Shown piece by piece: positions 9,723 through 20,495 of a stretch of DNA of 64,000 nt. Both the position numbers and the translations under genes were made by a program. The DNA lies in assembly GCA_963716695.1 (NCBI GenBank), contig CAVQTT010000005.1, forward strand, positions 70,194 to 134,193, given 5' to 3'. The stretch comes from an uncultured Chloroflexia bacterium. Its GTDB lineage: Bacteria; Chloroflexota; Anaerolineae; Anaerolineales; UBA11858. A model generated the notes under the pieces. The model did no database searches. It had not been told where the DNA came from and was given only the letters and a program-made list of their open reading frames with translations. Each line of letters begins with the position of its first letter. Position 1 is the stretch's first letter.

Positions 9723-10919
9723 ATGGAATCGAAGCATTCTGAGGTAAGTTCTGATCCACCTTCCCAACCTGAAAAGCCTGGTATCGGGGAGCAGATCAAA
9801 GAACTGAGAGGAAATATCCTTGCCAGTGAGAACGGCCGCAGGATCCTGACCATGGTCGGAGTAATCCTGCTGGTCATCAGTGTTGTGGTGGGGATCCGGG
9901 TTATTTACCCTGGCGCGAAAATCGCCGGGGAGTTTTTGCCTGTGACCTCCGCCCAATCAGATTCTGGAGATTTAGAGGCGGACTCCATGGATCTCCCAAA
10001 CACCCTGGAAATGCCCAGTTTTGTTGAGGACCAGTCCTCCCGTGAAAAAGGCATCCACCGGGCGGTGGTCATTCACACCACGATCCCTACCAGGTCGCGG
10101 GTGGATGTGATCAAATATGTCGTTGAACAGGGAGATTCCTTGTTTGCGATTGCCGAGGTCTTTGGTCTTAAACCGGAAACTCTGTTGTGGGGCAATTTTG
10201 ATATCCTGGCGGATAACCCTCATACTCTCCAACCAGGACAGGAATTGAACATACTTCCCGTGAACGGGACCTATCATCAATGGAGGGACGGAGAGAACCT
10301 GCTTAAGGTCGCAGAGTATTATGGAGTCGATCCGCTGGAAATCATTCAATATCCTGGCAATCAGGTCGATATCTATGATTTTGACCTGGACAACCCTTCA
10401 TTTAAGGTTGGCCAGATGTTAATCGTTCCAAATGGCAAGAGAGAATTGGTTGATTATGGTCCACCCGCTATCACCAGGGATAACCCGGCCATCGCTGCCA
10501 CCTATGGTCCCGGCCACTGCGGCACGATCTATACCGGTTCTGTGGGAGTGGGTGTATTTCTCTGGCCCACGACCGAACGCTGGGTTGTGGGATATGATTA
10601 CAATCCCGGTGCTAATCACCCTGCGATCGATATCGCCGGCAGCATCGGCAACCCTGTCTGGGCAGCCGATAACGGGGTGGTTGTTTACGCCGGTTGGAGC
10701 AACTATGGATACGGGTACCTGATCGTAATTGATCATGGGAATGGCTGGCAGACCCTGTATGCCCACCTGAATTCTATCCATGTTGGCTGCGGTCAGAGCG
10801 TAAATCAAGGCGAGGGCATCGGCGGCCTGGGAAGCACAGGAAATTCTTCTGGAGCCCACTTGCATTTTGAGATGATCTATGTAGGAAGCAAAGTTAACCC
10901 CTGGAATTTCTTGCAGTAA
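9723..10919 (+). CDS. LysM-domain M23 family peptidoglycan metalloendopeptidase
   Basis: TM anchor. LysM-like GDSLFAIAEVFGLKPETLLWGN and LLKVAEYYGVDPLEI. M23 motifs HPAIDIAG and GSTGNSSGAHLHFEM. Confidence 0.85.
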   Translation: MESKHSEVSSDPPSQPEKPGIGEQIKELRGNILASENGRRILTMVGVILLVISVVVGIRVIYPGAKIAGEFLPVTSAQSDSGDLEADSMDLPNTLEMPSFVEDQSSREKGIHRAVVIHTTIPTRSRVDVIKYVVEQGDSLFAIAEVFGLKPETLLWGNFDILADNPHTLQPGQELNILPVNGTYHQWRDGENLLKVAEYYGVDPLEIIQYPGNQVDIYDFDLDNPSFKVGQMLIVPNGKRELVDYGPPAITRDNPAIAATYGPGHCGTIYTGSVGVGVFLWPTTERWVVGYDYNPGANHPAIDIAGSIGNPVWAADNGVVVYAGWSNYGYGYLIVIDHGNGWQTLYAHLNSIHVGCGQSVNQGEGIGGLGSTGNSSGAHLHFEMIYVGSKVNPWNFLQ

Positions 10920-10943
10920 TCCGGTCCGTTATATTCAATCGAC

Positions 10944-10975
10944 AAGCAAGGTGCCCAAACGCACCTTGCTTTTTG
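10944..10975 (+). terminator. rho-independent terminator after the M23 gene
   Basis: aagcaaggtgc-ccaaac-gcaccttgctt (11-bp stem) followed by TTTT. Confidence 0.6.
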
Positions 10976-11011
10976 TTACAATAGGAAGTCAGACAGGATT
11001 ATCAATTAACC

Positions 11012-12469
11012 ATGCGATCATCCAGGAATTCAATTAAACTGTACTTCTTGACCCTGATTCTTGCCCTGGTCCTCTCAGCCTGTGATCTGGGGATCGGTGG
11101 AGTTGAGGACCCGGATGGGGATGCGAGTTTGCTAAAGACCATCCACCCGGCAACTTTGACCGCTCTCAGTGCTGAAGCTGCTGAGAAGATCACACCCGCT
11201 CCTGATCCTCTGGGCATTCCCTGGTCAGCCCTGGATGGTTTGGAGCTCCAATTCTGGTATCTCTGGGATCTTGATGAACCCGGAGTAGGTTTGAATGCCA
11301 TTGTCGATAGGTTTAATCTTGAAAATGAATGGGGAATCCATGTAAACGCTGTGGATCAAGGTTTTACGCAAGATCCGCTGGATTCGATTGAGACGGCCTT
11401 CGAAGACGGTCTGGTGCCGGATGTCATGATCAGTGATGCTTCGACCGGAGCCCGCTGGTACCAGGCAGGTATCCTGGTTGACCTGGAGCCATACCTGACT
11501 GATCCAGCAGCCGGGCTGACAGCCAGGGCTCAGAAGGATTATTATCCGGGAATTTTTGAACCGCTGTACCTTCCCCCCGATATCCGTCCCGGACTGCCAT
11601 TTACTCAATCCCTGCAGGTGATCTATTACAATCAGACTTTGGCTTCAGATTTGGGCTTTGCTCATGCTCCTGGATCCTTGGAGGAGCTGGTCGACCAGCT
11701 CTGCGACGCCTCTCAGAGTGGCCCTGAGGACCAGTCGGGAATCAGCGGGATGATCCTCTATCCGGAAGCCGCCAATATAGCTGGCTGGGTCTACGCGTTT
11801 CAAGGAGATTTCCTGGATGGGGGATCAAAGACCTACCAGTTTTCATCACAGGAGATCCTTGATGTGGGTGAGGCATGGCAGGAGTTGGCCAGCAATAGCT
11901 GTGGGTCGATGATCTCAGATTATCCCAATCCCATGGCCAGGGAGATCGAATTTTCCCAGTTCAATTCCCGGGGAGCTTTGATGATCATGAACTCGGCTGA
12001 TTTCCTGGACCAGGTCCAGATCCGGAACGATCAAACTGGGCGTCCGGATGATTGGGGTCTGCTGCCGTTCCTGGGCCCTGATGGCACAAAAGCAGTTTCT
12101 GCTCAAGTTCAATCTGGATTGATTTTTAAAACCTCCCCGGAGCAGCAGCTGGCAGCCTGGCTGTTCCTGAAATACCTGACCTCGCCTGAGATCCAGGCAG
12201 AATGGATCCGTTATAGCTTTTTTTATCCGACCAGAAAGGAAAGCCTGCGCTACCTGAGGGATTTCAGGACCGATTATCCCGATTGGGCCAAAGGATTGCC
12301 TCTGCTGCCGTATTCCAGAACAGAACCCCTGGATCCGGCCTGGGACCTGGTAAAACAAGCCCTGGGTGATGCGTTTGAAGAATTATTGACAATCGATTAT
12401 CCTGCACCAGAAGAAGTGATGGATATGCTGGATCTGACCGCAGAAGAATTGGTAGAGTTTTCTGATTAA
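11012..12469 (+). CDS. extracellular solute-binding lipoprotein (ABC family-1-like), no adjacent permease
   Basis: Lipobox LVLSAC. 485 aa, SBP-like composition and length. Family call is moderate. Confidence 0.65.
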   Translation: MRSSRNSIKLYFLTLILALVLSACDLGIGGVEDPDGDASLLKTIHPATLTALSAEAAEKITPAPDPLGIPWSALDGLELQFWYLWDLDEPGVGLNAIVDRFNLENEWGIHVNAVDQGFTQDPLDSIETAFEDGLVPDVMISDASTGARWYQAGILVDLEPYLTDPAAGLTARAQKDYYPGIFEPLYLPPDIRPGLPFTQSLQVIYYNQTLASDLGFAHAPGSLEELVDQLCDASQSGPEDQSGISGMILYPEAANIAGWVYAFQGDFLDGGSKTYQFSSQEILDVGEAWQELASNSCGSMISDYPNPMAREIEFSQFNSRGALMIMNSADFLDQVQIRNDQTGRPDDWGLLPFLGPDGTKAVSAQVQSGLIFKTSPEQQLAAWLFLKYLTSPEIQAEWIRYSFFYPTRKESLRYLRDFRTDYPDWAKGLPLLPYSRTEPLDPAWDLVKQALGDAFEELLTIDYPAPEEVMDMLDLTAEELVEFSD

Positions 12470-12497
12470 AGACCCACCACCGGATAGGAAGACATAT

Positions 12498-12947
12498 ATG
12501 GGAAACAAACCCCAGGTAAACATATTCACCGATGGAGCCTGTTCTGGCAATCCTGGACCGGGAGGTTGGGGAGCGATCCTGAAGTTTGGCCGGATTGAAA
12601 AGCAGCTTTCCGGTTCGGAAGCCTCTACGACCAATAACCGGATGGAACTGACTGCCGCGTTGATGGCGTTCAGGGCATTAAAAGAACCCTGCCAGGTTGA
12701 TATTTACACGGATTCGGAGTATCTAAAAAAAGGCATCACTGTTTGGATCCACAACTGGAAGAAATTAGGCTGGCGGAGAGGATCAGCGGGGAAAACCCGC
12801 CCACTGGCGAACGCCGAACTCTGGAAAGAACTTGACGAGGTGATCGTTGGCCATGATGTCCATTGGCATTGGGTCAAAGGCCATGCAGGACACCCAGAGA
12901 ATGAAAAGGCTGACAGATTGGCTTCAGATGCTTTGAGAAATGGCTGA
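12498..12947 (+). CDS. rnhA: ribonuclease HI
   Basis: [46 protein letters not shown] (DEDD catalytic pattern). Confidence 0.9.
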   Translation: MGNKPQVNIFTDGACSGNPGPGGWGAILKFGRIEKQLSGSEASTTNNRMELTAALMAFRALKEPCQVDIYTDSEYLKKGITVWIHNWKKLGWRRGSAGKTRPLANAELWKELDEVIVGHDVHWHWVKGHAGHPENEKADRLASDALRNG

Positions 12948-13001
12948 GACCTCTTGCCTGGGGGAAAAATGATGCGGCTTACCTGAGGTATAATCTGCCT
13001 T

Positions 13002-13367
13002 ATGGGTTCGGAAAAATCCACCATTCAAGCCCAAGAGGAATTACTGCTCGCGAAACAATCCCGCCTAGAGGGAAATGAAGGACGAGCTCGGGTATGTGCA
13101 CGCCGGGCGGCTGGCACAGCCGTGAAATATTATCTAGGAAAAATTGGCCTGGTCTCTCCAACAGATAATGTCCTGCAATCCCTCGATATTTTCAGGGAAA
13201 GAACAACCCTCCCTGATCGAATTGAGGCTGCTGTAGGTTGGCTAATCCACAGGGTGGACGATAATTTTAATTTTCCCGAAGATATTGATTTGATCCATGA
13301 GGCAAAACTTGTGCTGGATTATCTGGATCTGATCGATCCAGAGGTCAGTGAAGAGGCCCAGTCCTAA
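13002..13367 (+). CDS. hypothetical helical protein
   Basis: 121-aa ORF with no motif. Tightly followed by the next gene. Confidence 0.45.
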   Translation: MGSEKSTIQAQEELLLAKQSRLEGNEGRARVCARRAAGTAVKYYLGKIGLVSPTDNVLQSLDIFRERTTLPDRIEAAVGWLIHRVDDNFNFPEDIDLIHEAKLVLDYLDLIDPEVSEEAQS

Positions 13368-13373
13368 GAAGCG

Positions 13374-14886
13374 ATGAAATCCCATCTCCGGTTTTTTAGC
13401 TCGGTATTTCTTGTCCTGATCTCATTTTTCCTGGGGGGGTGCAGGTCAGTTGAGCGCATAGCTGAGGCAACTTCAGCTCCTGGATCTCCTCCAGCTTTGC
13501 CATCGGAAACAGCTGAAACACCGCTGGCAACCGTTCAAACAACTGAGATCCCCCCCACTGAAACCCTTCCCCCCGCAATTCCCGAAAGGATCCAATACCA
13601 ATTCCAGGTGGAACTGGATTATCCTAACCGGACAGTCTATGTTGATGAGACCATTCTGATTCCTAATCCATCTTTGGATGTTTTGGATGAGTTATCCCTG
13701 GTTGTGCCGCCAAACGCCTGGCCAGACACATTTCACTTGTTGGAAATCCAATGGGGGACAGGTCAACCAGTCGATGAATATGATCTGGAGGGGATTCACT
13801 TGGGCATCCATCTGCCAGCCCCCTGGCTCCCGGGAGAAACCAGGGAGATAAGGATCAGCTATCGTTTAGATCTGCCCGTTCAAAACGCCCGCGAGGGCTA
13901 TGGTCCCTCACCATTTGGATCTACAGATCGCCAGACAAATCTGGTGGATTGGTATCCCATGGTCCCTGATTATCACCAGGGCTCAGGCTGGATCGAACAC
14001 GACCCCTGGATTTTTGGAGAGTTCCTGGTCTACCCTCTGGCAGATTTCCAGCTGACCCTCAATGCTGGTGACCCTTCCCTGGTTGTGGCTGCCAGCGCTG
14101 TAGGAGAGCAGATCGGAGATCGAGTCCAGTACCGCCTGGACAAGGCCCGGAATTTTGTTTTTTCGATCAGCCCGGATTATCAGGTTGTCGAAGAGGAAGT
14201 GAACGGAACGCTGATCCAGGGCTATTATTTCCCTTTTTATGGGGTGCCGGGACAGGCAGCCTTTGACGCCACCCTGGAATCCTGGGAATTGTACAGCAGC
14301 TTGTTTGGCCCTCTTAATCAGCCTAGTTTAGCCATGGTCCAGGCTGATTTTGACCACGGTATGGAATATGCAGGTTTGTATTTTCAAAGCGGCGGATTTT
14401 TTGATACCTATAATGGATCTCAAGCGAACTACCTGATCGCGATCGCCGTGCATGAGACCGCCCATCAGTGGTGGTATGGAGCCATTGCCAATGACCAGGC
14501 CCTGGAGCCCTGGCTGGATGAAGCCCTGTGCACTTTTTCGGAGCTGCTTTATTATGAACAACTTTATCCCGAGGGGGTGGACTGGTGGTGGTCTACCCGG
14601 GTGAATTATTATCAGCCCGGGGGAGTGATCAACCGCTCCATCTATGATTTCCAGGAATTTACTGATCAATACCTGGCCTACCGGGATGCCACCTACCTGC
14701 AGGGAGCGAAGTTCTTCGTTCAGCTCCGCACCTCCCTGGGGGAGGAGCTCTTTCTTGAGTTTATCGAGGGCTTACGCCTCCAGTTTTGGGGGAAGGGTAG
14801 CCACGGGGGAGGACTTCTTTAGATTGCTGGGGGAATATGTTGAGCTGGACAGCCTGGTCTGGATGGGGGAATACTTCCAGGAGTAA
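13374..14886 (+). pseudogene. M1-like (gluzincin) metallopeptidase lipoprotein, C-terminal frameshift near 14766-14770
   Basis: Lipobox FLGGC. HETAH plus Glu exactly 18 residues later (WLDEA) gives HExxH-18-E. Track ORFs 13374..14822 and 14644..14886 join as ...EELFLEFI / AYASSFGGRVATGEDFFRLLGEY... at a GGG run. Confidence 0.7.
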
Positions 14887-15143
14887 CTCCTATTATCTAG
14901 TCATTTGAACTTTCATACATCCTGATTCCAGGATGGACCTGGACTGGCAGGCCTTGTTCAGAATCCTCGATTGAGATTGGATCAGGCATTTCCTTCCCGC
15001 TCACCTCAAAGGCTGGAAAATTCCTGAAGTACTAACGAAACTGAAAGCTGCCTGAGGGAATATTTAAGCTACTATTTAGTTAATGAAGTAAATTGATTAG
15101 CACTACATGGGGTAGACCCCCAATTCTTCTCCTCCTTAGATAC

Positions 15144-15181
15144 GCAATCACCTCACCGCTGGCAGCCGGTGAGGTGATTGC
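15144..15181 (-). terminator. perfect 15-bp stem-loop 14 nt downstream of tRNA-Cys (possible terminator or processing site, no U-tract)
   Basis: gcaatcacctcaccg-ctggcagc-cggtgaggtgattgc. Confidence 0.35.
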
Positions 15182-15195
15182 ATTTAAATAGAAAG

Positions 15196-15266
<71 letters not shown>

Positions 15267-15336
15267 ACGATATAAATAGGCTGATGGGATCTGGCTGTTG
15301 GTTCAGCCAGCTGCCACCAGCCAATTTGTTTTCCAG

Positions 15337-15408
<72 letters not shown>

Positions 15409-15415
15409 TTGAAAG

Positions 15416-15488
15416 TGCCGAGAGCCAGACTCGAACTGGCGACACCTTGATTTTCAGTCAAGTGCTCTACCTACTGAGCTATCTCGGC
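15416..15488 (-). tRNA. tRNA-Phe (GAA)
   Basis: GCCGAGA/UCUCGGC acceptor with A73, anticodon stem CUUGA/UCAAG with loop CUGAAAA, T-loop UUCGAGU. Confidence 0.9.
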
Positions 15489-15549
15489 CTGATATTATTC
15501 CTTGGTAACGCACCGCAATTTTACTCGTTCGATATGGCCTTGTCAAGAT

Positions 15550-16005
15550 TCATGACCTGGAGGTGAAGAACGGCATATAAAGCAGGAAGCCCGCGGCGAT
15601 GATGATCTCGCCAGCGACCACCCCGGTGGCCTGGACAGGCCCAAAAAAGGGCAGCGAGGGCCAGACCTGGGTCCCGAAGCCGAACACATCTGACATCCCG
15701 GAAATGAGTGCAACCAGATACCCGGTTGCTACCAGGCGGATGCCAATATCCTGGGCCAGGGATTGGGTTCGATCTTTTCTCTGGCAGACTTTAAAACTGA
15801 TCACGCCTCCCAGGCAGATCAAAGCCAGCCCCAAAGAAAAAGTGGCTGTCTGGACAAACCCGACAATGGGACTATTATCCATGTTGATCAGGTCCGGATC
15901 GGCCCCTAAAAGGAAGATTAGAAAGCCAGCAATGGTTATCCCCAGGCTGAGGTTGGCCCGGACCATTCCATTCTTGTTCTTTGAGTGGGATTTAGATTCC
16001 ATCAT
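15550..16005 (-). CDS. small integral membrane protein (4 predicted TM)
   Basis: The track ORF runs to 16122 but would overlap the upstream gene. ATG 16005 (MMESKSHSKNKNG...) is preferred. Hydrophobic helices throughout. Confidence 0.5.
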   Translation of the reverse strand: MMESKSHSKNKNGMVRANLSLGITIAGFLIFLLGADPDLINMDNSPIVGFVQTATFSLGLALICLGGVISFKVCQRKDRTQSLAQDIGIRLVATGYLVALISGMSDVFGFGTQVWPSLPFFGPVQATGVVAGEIIIAAGFLLYMPFFTSRS

Positions 16006-16015
16006 GGGAGAAGCA

Positions 16016-16318
16016 TTATAACTGAAAACCAGTTCGGTCGGTGATAACTTTATAAGAGAAGTTTTCCACAAACTGCTGCAGATTATCCAGCAAGCGCTGC
16101 CATTCCTTGGAGGCCATGGCAATATTTAAAGCTGCCTGGCTCTGGATTTTTGCGGAGACCAGGATCTGGGGTTGTTCGCCAAACATGGTATACCAGGCAT
16201 CCACAGGCCGGATTCCCAGCTGTTTGATCTCCGGGAGGAAATCACTGATGACAAATTCGAAATATTCCTGTTCCCGGTTGGGAAGAATATCCCAGGTCAT
16301 GAGTAGTTTTACAGTCAT
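16016..16318 (-). CDS. small conserved hypothetical protein (100 aa)
   Basis: Clean ORF 11 nt downstream of the MBL gene. No motif recognised. Confidence 0.5.
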   Translation of the reverse strand: MTVKLLMTWDILPNREQEYFEFVISDFLPEIKQLGIRPVDAWYTMFGEQPQILVSAKIQSQAALNIAMASKEWQRLLDNLQQFVENFSYKVITDRTGFQL

Positions 16319-16329
16319 CCAGATCCCTT

Positions 16330-16989
16330 CTAATCGGTTTCTCGGGCATATTCCAGAACGACAACGGTTGTCTCACTGCTGGAGCGGGTGCTGGTAATGG
16401 AAAGGTCCGGCCGGGGCTCGACCGTATCTAAACCCATTTCTTTGATGAATTTACTTACAGGATCCAGTTCCAGGGTAGATTCTTCCATCTGGTAATACAT
16501 CGGAACGGCGTAGCTGGGCTCTAGAACCCGGATCGCCTCGACAGCTTTAGAGGCTGTCAGACTGGTGCCCCCGCCAACAGGGACCAGGGCGACATGGATA
16601 TCTCCCGCTATCGATTTGACATCAGACTGGCTGGGAACCCGGGTTAGATTACCGAGATGGGCAACCAGGATCCCGTTGTAATCGAAAATATACATGATGT
16701 TGCGCTGACCGTCATTCTTGGCTTTATCAGAGGTTCGGATCCCGGTGATAAAAACCTCCCCGATCTCGTACTCCCCCGGTCCAGTCAGTATATGCTGGTC
16801 GGATTTCCTTTTCCGGACGACTTTGGTGTGATTGTGTCCAGGAGCATCGTGGCTGACCGTGATGATATCGGCTGATAAATTCAGCTCCCCAAAACCGACC
16901 TTTTTATGATTATATGGATCTGTTACAACTGTTGCCATTCCGCGTTCAGTCAATCGAAAACAAGAATGTCCATGCCATGTGATATTCAT
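16330..16989 (-). CDS. metal-dependent hydrolase, MBL-fold (UPF0173-like)
   Basis: MNITWHGHSCFRL..., VSHDAPGH, 219 aa. Confidence 0.75.
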   Translation of the reverse strand: MNITWHGHSCFRLTERGMATVVTDPYNHKKVGFGELNLSADIITVSHDAPGHNHTKVVRKRKSDQHILTGPGEYEIGEVFITGIRTSDKAKNDGQRNIMYIFDYNGILVAHLGNLTRVPSQSDVKSIAGDIHVALVPVGGGTSLTASKAVEAIRVLEPSYAVPMYYQMEESTLELDPVSKFIKEMGLDTVEPRPDLSITSTRSSSETTVVVLEYARETD

Positions 16990-17217
16990 AAAACTCCTGC
17001 TGGCTCCGGTCTGCTGTCTGGATGCCTGCTTGCAAAATGTGATTATACTTCAATCTCCTCAAATCTCAAAGTTTGCCTGAACGGCCAAGAGGTGCAGCTG
17101 ATCAGCCTTTGTGTGTCCTGGGTCAGCTGCCCGAGTACACCTTCATCCCCCTTTGGGGGAGATTTATTGGAATATTATTAGTAAAAAGTGCCCAAAAACC
17201 CAGGCGGTAAGTAGAAT

Positions 17218-17226
17218 TGGTATAAT
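17218..17226 (+). promoter_or_regulatory. putative extended -10 element (TGgTATAAT) upstream of uvrA
   Basis: TGG TATAAT at 17218-17226, 52 nt before the uvrA ATG. No good -35. Confidence 0.3.
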
Positions 17227-17278
17227 CTCTAGACTTATATCAGAAAAGTCATCCCTTGATTGAAGCAGTTGTTGAACT

Positions 17279-20170
17279 ATGGAAAAGATTATCAGAGTAG
17301 TTGGGGCCAAGGTCCACAATTTAAAGAATATCACCGTGGAGATACCCCGGGATAAATTTGTTGTGATCACCGGTTTGTCGGGATCAGGGAAATCTTCCCT
17401 GGCATTTGACACGATTTTTGCCGAAGGTCAGCGGCGGTATGTAGAATCCCTGTCTTCCTATGCCAGACAGTTCCTGGGACAGATGGACAAACCTGATGTG
17501 GATTATATCGAGGGGTTATCACCGGCGGTGTCCATTGATCAACGGGGAACCTCCCAGAATCCCCGCTCCACAGTTGGCACGGTGACTGAGATCTATGATT
17601 ATCTGCGGCTGTTATTTGCCCGGGCCGGCACACCCCACTGCCCGGAATGCGGCAGGGAGGTATCAGCCCAATCTGCCCAGGAGATCGTCGACCAGATCAA
17701 CACTTTTCCTGCCGGAAGCCGATTTAACATCCTGGCACCTGTCATCAAAGGAAGAAAAGGTGAACATCAAGGGATCCTGGATGAGATCCAGAAATCCGGT
17801 TTTGTGCGGGCCAGAATTAATGGCGAGATCAGGACGCTGGAAGATGACATAACACTAGAACGTTATCAGCAGCATACCATCGAAGCTGTAGTAGATCGGC
17901 TGCTGATCCAGGACTTTGACTCGACCGATGAAAAAGACAACTTCCGCACCCGCCTGACTGACTCCGTAGAGACAGCCCTCAAGTATGGAGATGGTTATCT
18001 GACCATTTTTGATGTCACCGATCCGGATAAACCCCGGGACATCAATTTTTCTGAACACCTGGCCTGCCCGGTTTGTGAATTGAGTTTTCCTGAAATTGAA
18101 CCGAGAACTTTTTCGTTCAATACCCCCCACGGCGCCTGCCCAACCTGTGAAGGCATCGGTACCAAATTGGAAGTTGACGAAAATTTGTTGATCCCTGACA
18201 AAACGCTGGCTGTGATGGAGGGCGCTATTGACGCCCAGGAATGGGGGGGACCCCAGGCCCAGGGAGGATATTACTGGAAAGCCCTGGTTGGAGCGGCAGA
18301 CAAGTACCAGATCGACCTCAATAAACCCTATTTGAAACTTTCTGATCAAGACCGGGAGATCCTGCTCTATGGTACCGGCAGCGAGGAAGTCTCAATTGAC
18401 TATGTGGACAAAGAAGGTCGGTCATATGAGTTCTTCCGGGCTTTTGAAGGGGTGATCCATAATCTGGAACGGCGCTTCAAGGAAACCCAGTCAGAATTTA
18501 TGCGCACTCGCATCATGGGTTATATGAATGATCATCCCTGCCCAGCCTGCGGTGGTGACAGGCTCCGTCCTGAGGCTCTGGCTGTGACAATTGATAGTTT
18601 TAATATTGTGGATATATCCTCCTGGCCCATCCAAAAAGCCCTCGAGTGGGTGGACCGGTTAAAAAGCAAAAAAGCTCCCCTTAGCGAACGCCAGCAAATC
18701 ATAGCAGACAGGGTTTTGAGAGAACTGACTGAACGATTGGGATTCCTGGTCGATGTGGGATTGGATTATTTGACCCTGAACCGTTCCTCGGGGACCCTCT
18801 CTGGTGGTGAGGCCCAGCGCATCCGGCTTGCCACCCAGATCGGCTCCCATTTGATGGGTGTTCTCTATGTGCTGGATGAGCCCTCTATCGGGCTTCACCC
18901 CCGGGACAACGGACGCCTGCTGAGAACCCTGGAAGGACTGCGGGACCTTGGTAATACGGTTATGGTCGTGGAACATGACGCCGAGACGATAGAAACGGCA
19001 GATTGGATCCTTGACCTGGGGCCCGGAGCCGGTGAGCTCGGGGGCGAAGTTGTGGTTGCAGGCACGATCCAACAGATCCTGGAACACCCGGACTCGTTAA
19101 CCGGAGCCTATCTTTCAGGAAGGCTCCAGGTTCCAGTCCCAAAAAATAGGCGTCAGGGAAATGGTCAGGAAATCAAGATCATCGGTGCCAGGGAGCACAA
19201 TCTAAAGAATATCGATGTGGCGATTCCTTTAGGGAAATTGGTGTGCATCACAGGTGTTTCTGGATCGGGCAAATCAACCCTGATGATCGAGATCCTTTAT
19301 AAAGCGCTGGCCAGGGAGCTGAACCGCGCCAAAACCAAACCCGGAGATCACGACGCAATTCGGGGCTTGGAGCATATTGACAAGATCGTGAATATCGATC
19401 AATCCCCGATCGGCAGGACTCCCAGATCGAATCCCGGCACCTATACAAAACTATTCGACCATATCAGGGACCTTTTTTCAGACCTGCCTGAAAGCAAGAT
19501 CCGGGGTTATGAAAAGGGCAGATTCTCCTTTAATGTCAAGGGAGGCCGTTGTGAAGCTTGCCGGGGCCATGGACAGCTGGAGATCGAAATGCAGTTTCTG
19601 CCTGATGTCTACGTGCCCTGTGATGTCTGCCACGGGTCCAGGTATAATCGCGAAACCCTCCAGGTCAGGTTTAAGGGCAAATATAATATTGAAGATGTGC
19701 TGAACATGACCATCGATAAAGCCGCCGAGATATTCGAGGCTTTTCCTGCCATGCTGAGCCGATTAGAGACCCTGCAGGATGTTGGCTTGGGGTATATACG
19801 CATCGGGCAGGCTTCACCAACCCTATCCGGCGGTGAAGCTCAGCGCATCAAACTTTCCCGGGAATTATCCAAACGATCTACCGGAGCGACTTTATACGTC
19901 CTGGATGAACCCTCGGTTGGACTTCATGCAGCTGATGTGCATAAATTGATCGAAGTGCTCCAGCGGTTGGTTGATGAAGGGAATACTGTGTTGATCATCG
20001 AGCACAACCTGGATATCATCAAAGTGGCTGATTATATTATTGATCTGGGACCGGAAGGGGGGGATGGGGGTGGAGAGGTCATAGCTGCTGGAGAACCAAA
20101 ACTCATCTGTGAAACTGCTGAATCCTATACAGGACAATACCTGAAATCCTATCTCAAAAAACACCATTAA
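17279..20170 (+). CDS. uvrA: excinuclease ABC subunit A
   Basis: 963 aa. Two ABC modules (GLSGSGKSS and [17 protein letters not shown] twice), zinc fingers CPECG/CPVC/CPACGG. Confidence 0.95.
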   Translation: MEKIIRVVGAKVHNLKNITVEIPRDKFVVITGLSGSGKSSLAFDTIFAEGQRRYVESLSSYARQFLGQMDKPDVDYIEGLSPAVSIDQRGTSQNPRSTVGTVTEIYDYLRLLFARAGTPHCPECGREVSAQSAQEIVDQINTFPAGSRFNILAPVIKGRKGEHQGILDEIQKSGFVRARINGEIRTLEDDITLERYQQHTIEAVVDRLLIQDFDSTDEKDNFRTRLTDSVETALKYGDGYLTIFDVTDPDKPRDINFSEHLACPVCELSFPEIEPRTFSFNTPHGACPTCEGIGTKLEVDENLLIPDKTLAVMEGAIDAQEWGGPQAQGGYYWKALVGAADKYQIDLNKPYLKLSDQDREILLYGTGSEEVSIDYVDKEGRSYEFFRAFEGVIHNLERRFKETQSEFMRTRIMGYMNDHPCPACGGDRLRPEALAVTIDSFNIVDISSWPIQKALEWVDRLKSKKAPLSERQQIIADRVLRELTERLGFLVDVGLDYLTLNRSSGTLSGGEAQRIRLATQIGSHLMGVLYVLDEPSIGLHPRDNGRLLRTLEGLRDLGNTVMVVEHDAETIETADWILDLGPGAGELGGEVVVAGTIQQILEHPDSLTGAYLSGRLQVPVPKNRRQGNGQEIKIIGAREHNLKNIDVAIPLGKLVCITGVSGSGKSTLMIEILYKALARELNRAKTKPGDHDAIRGLEHIDKIVNIDQSPIGRTPRSNPGTYTKLFDHIRDLFSDLPESKIRGYEKGRFSFNVKGGRCEACRGHGQLEIEMQFLPDVYVPCDVCHGSRYNRETLQVRFKGKYNIEDVLNMTIDKAAEIFEAFPAMLSRLETLQDVGLGYIRIGQASPTLSGGEAQRIKLSRELSKRSTGATLYVLDEPSVGLHAADVHKLIEVLQRLVDEGNTVLIIEHNLDIIKVADYIIDLGPEGGDGGGEVIAAGEPKLICETAESYTGQYLKSYLKKHH

Positions 20171-20250
20171 AGGTAGTCTGGCGCATCAGTACTAAAAACA
20201 CCCCGCTTTTTTCAATGTATTAGATCCTGTGAACATGACCCGGAATTAAG

Positions 20251-20288
20251 AACACCTCCTGAACAATAATAGCAGAGGAGGTGTTTTT
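20251..20288 (+). terminator. rho-independent terminator of uvrA
   Basis: aacacctcct-N15-aggaggtgtt followed by TTTTT. Confidence 0.65.
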
Positions 20289-20352
20289 GGATCTCCGAAC
20301 AGGGATTTCAATCCCTGAGACAGGGACTGAAGTCCTCAGCGGGGCTGCGCCG

Positions 20353-20377
20353 AACGTCCCTCTCCCGGGACGTTTTT
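20353..20377 (+). terminator. second terminator-like hairpin
   Basis: aacgtccc-tctcc(c)-gggacgtt followed by TTTT. Confidence 0.4.
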
Positions 20378-20495
20378 AATTTCCCCTGGGAAATTGCTAA
20401 TCGCCTGAATAGTCAAATCTCTTTCGTCGACGAAGGTCGACATGCGGACACAGCCTGTTTTTGGGTCTGTCCCTTCTGGGGATTTCAATCCCTGC

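Noticed and set aside
12989-13004. TATAAT box 7 nt before ATG 13002, suggesting a leaderless mRNA for the 121-aa hypothetical gene.
   Set aside because: No acceptable -35 or properly spaced TG extension. A single hexamer match is expected by chance in this much sequence.
20341-20380. tmRNA-like 5' end (GGGGCTG...).
   Set aside because: No tRNA-like 3' T-arm/acceptor, no tag reading frame, and the region is far too short for tmRNA.
20302-20494. Possible CRISPR repeat (GGGATTTCAATCCCTG resembles the start of some CRISPR repeats).
   Set aside because: Only two copies, 177 nt apart. Similarity stops after 16 nt. There is no regular repeat-spacer periodicity and no cas genes in the window.
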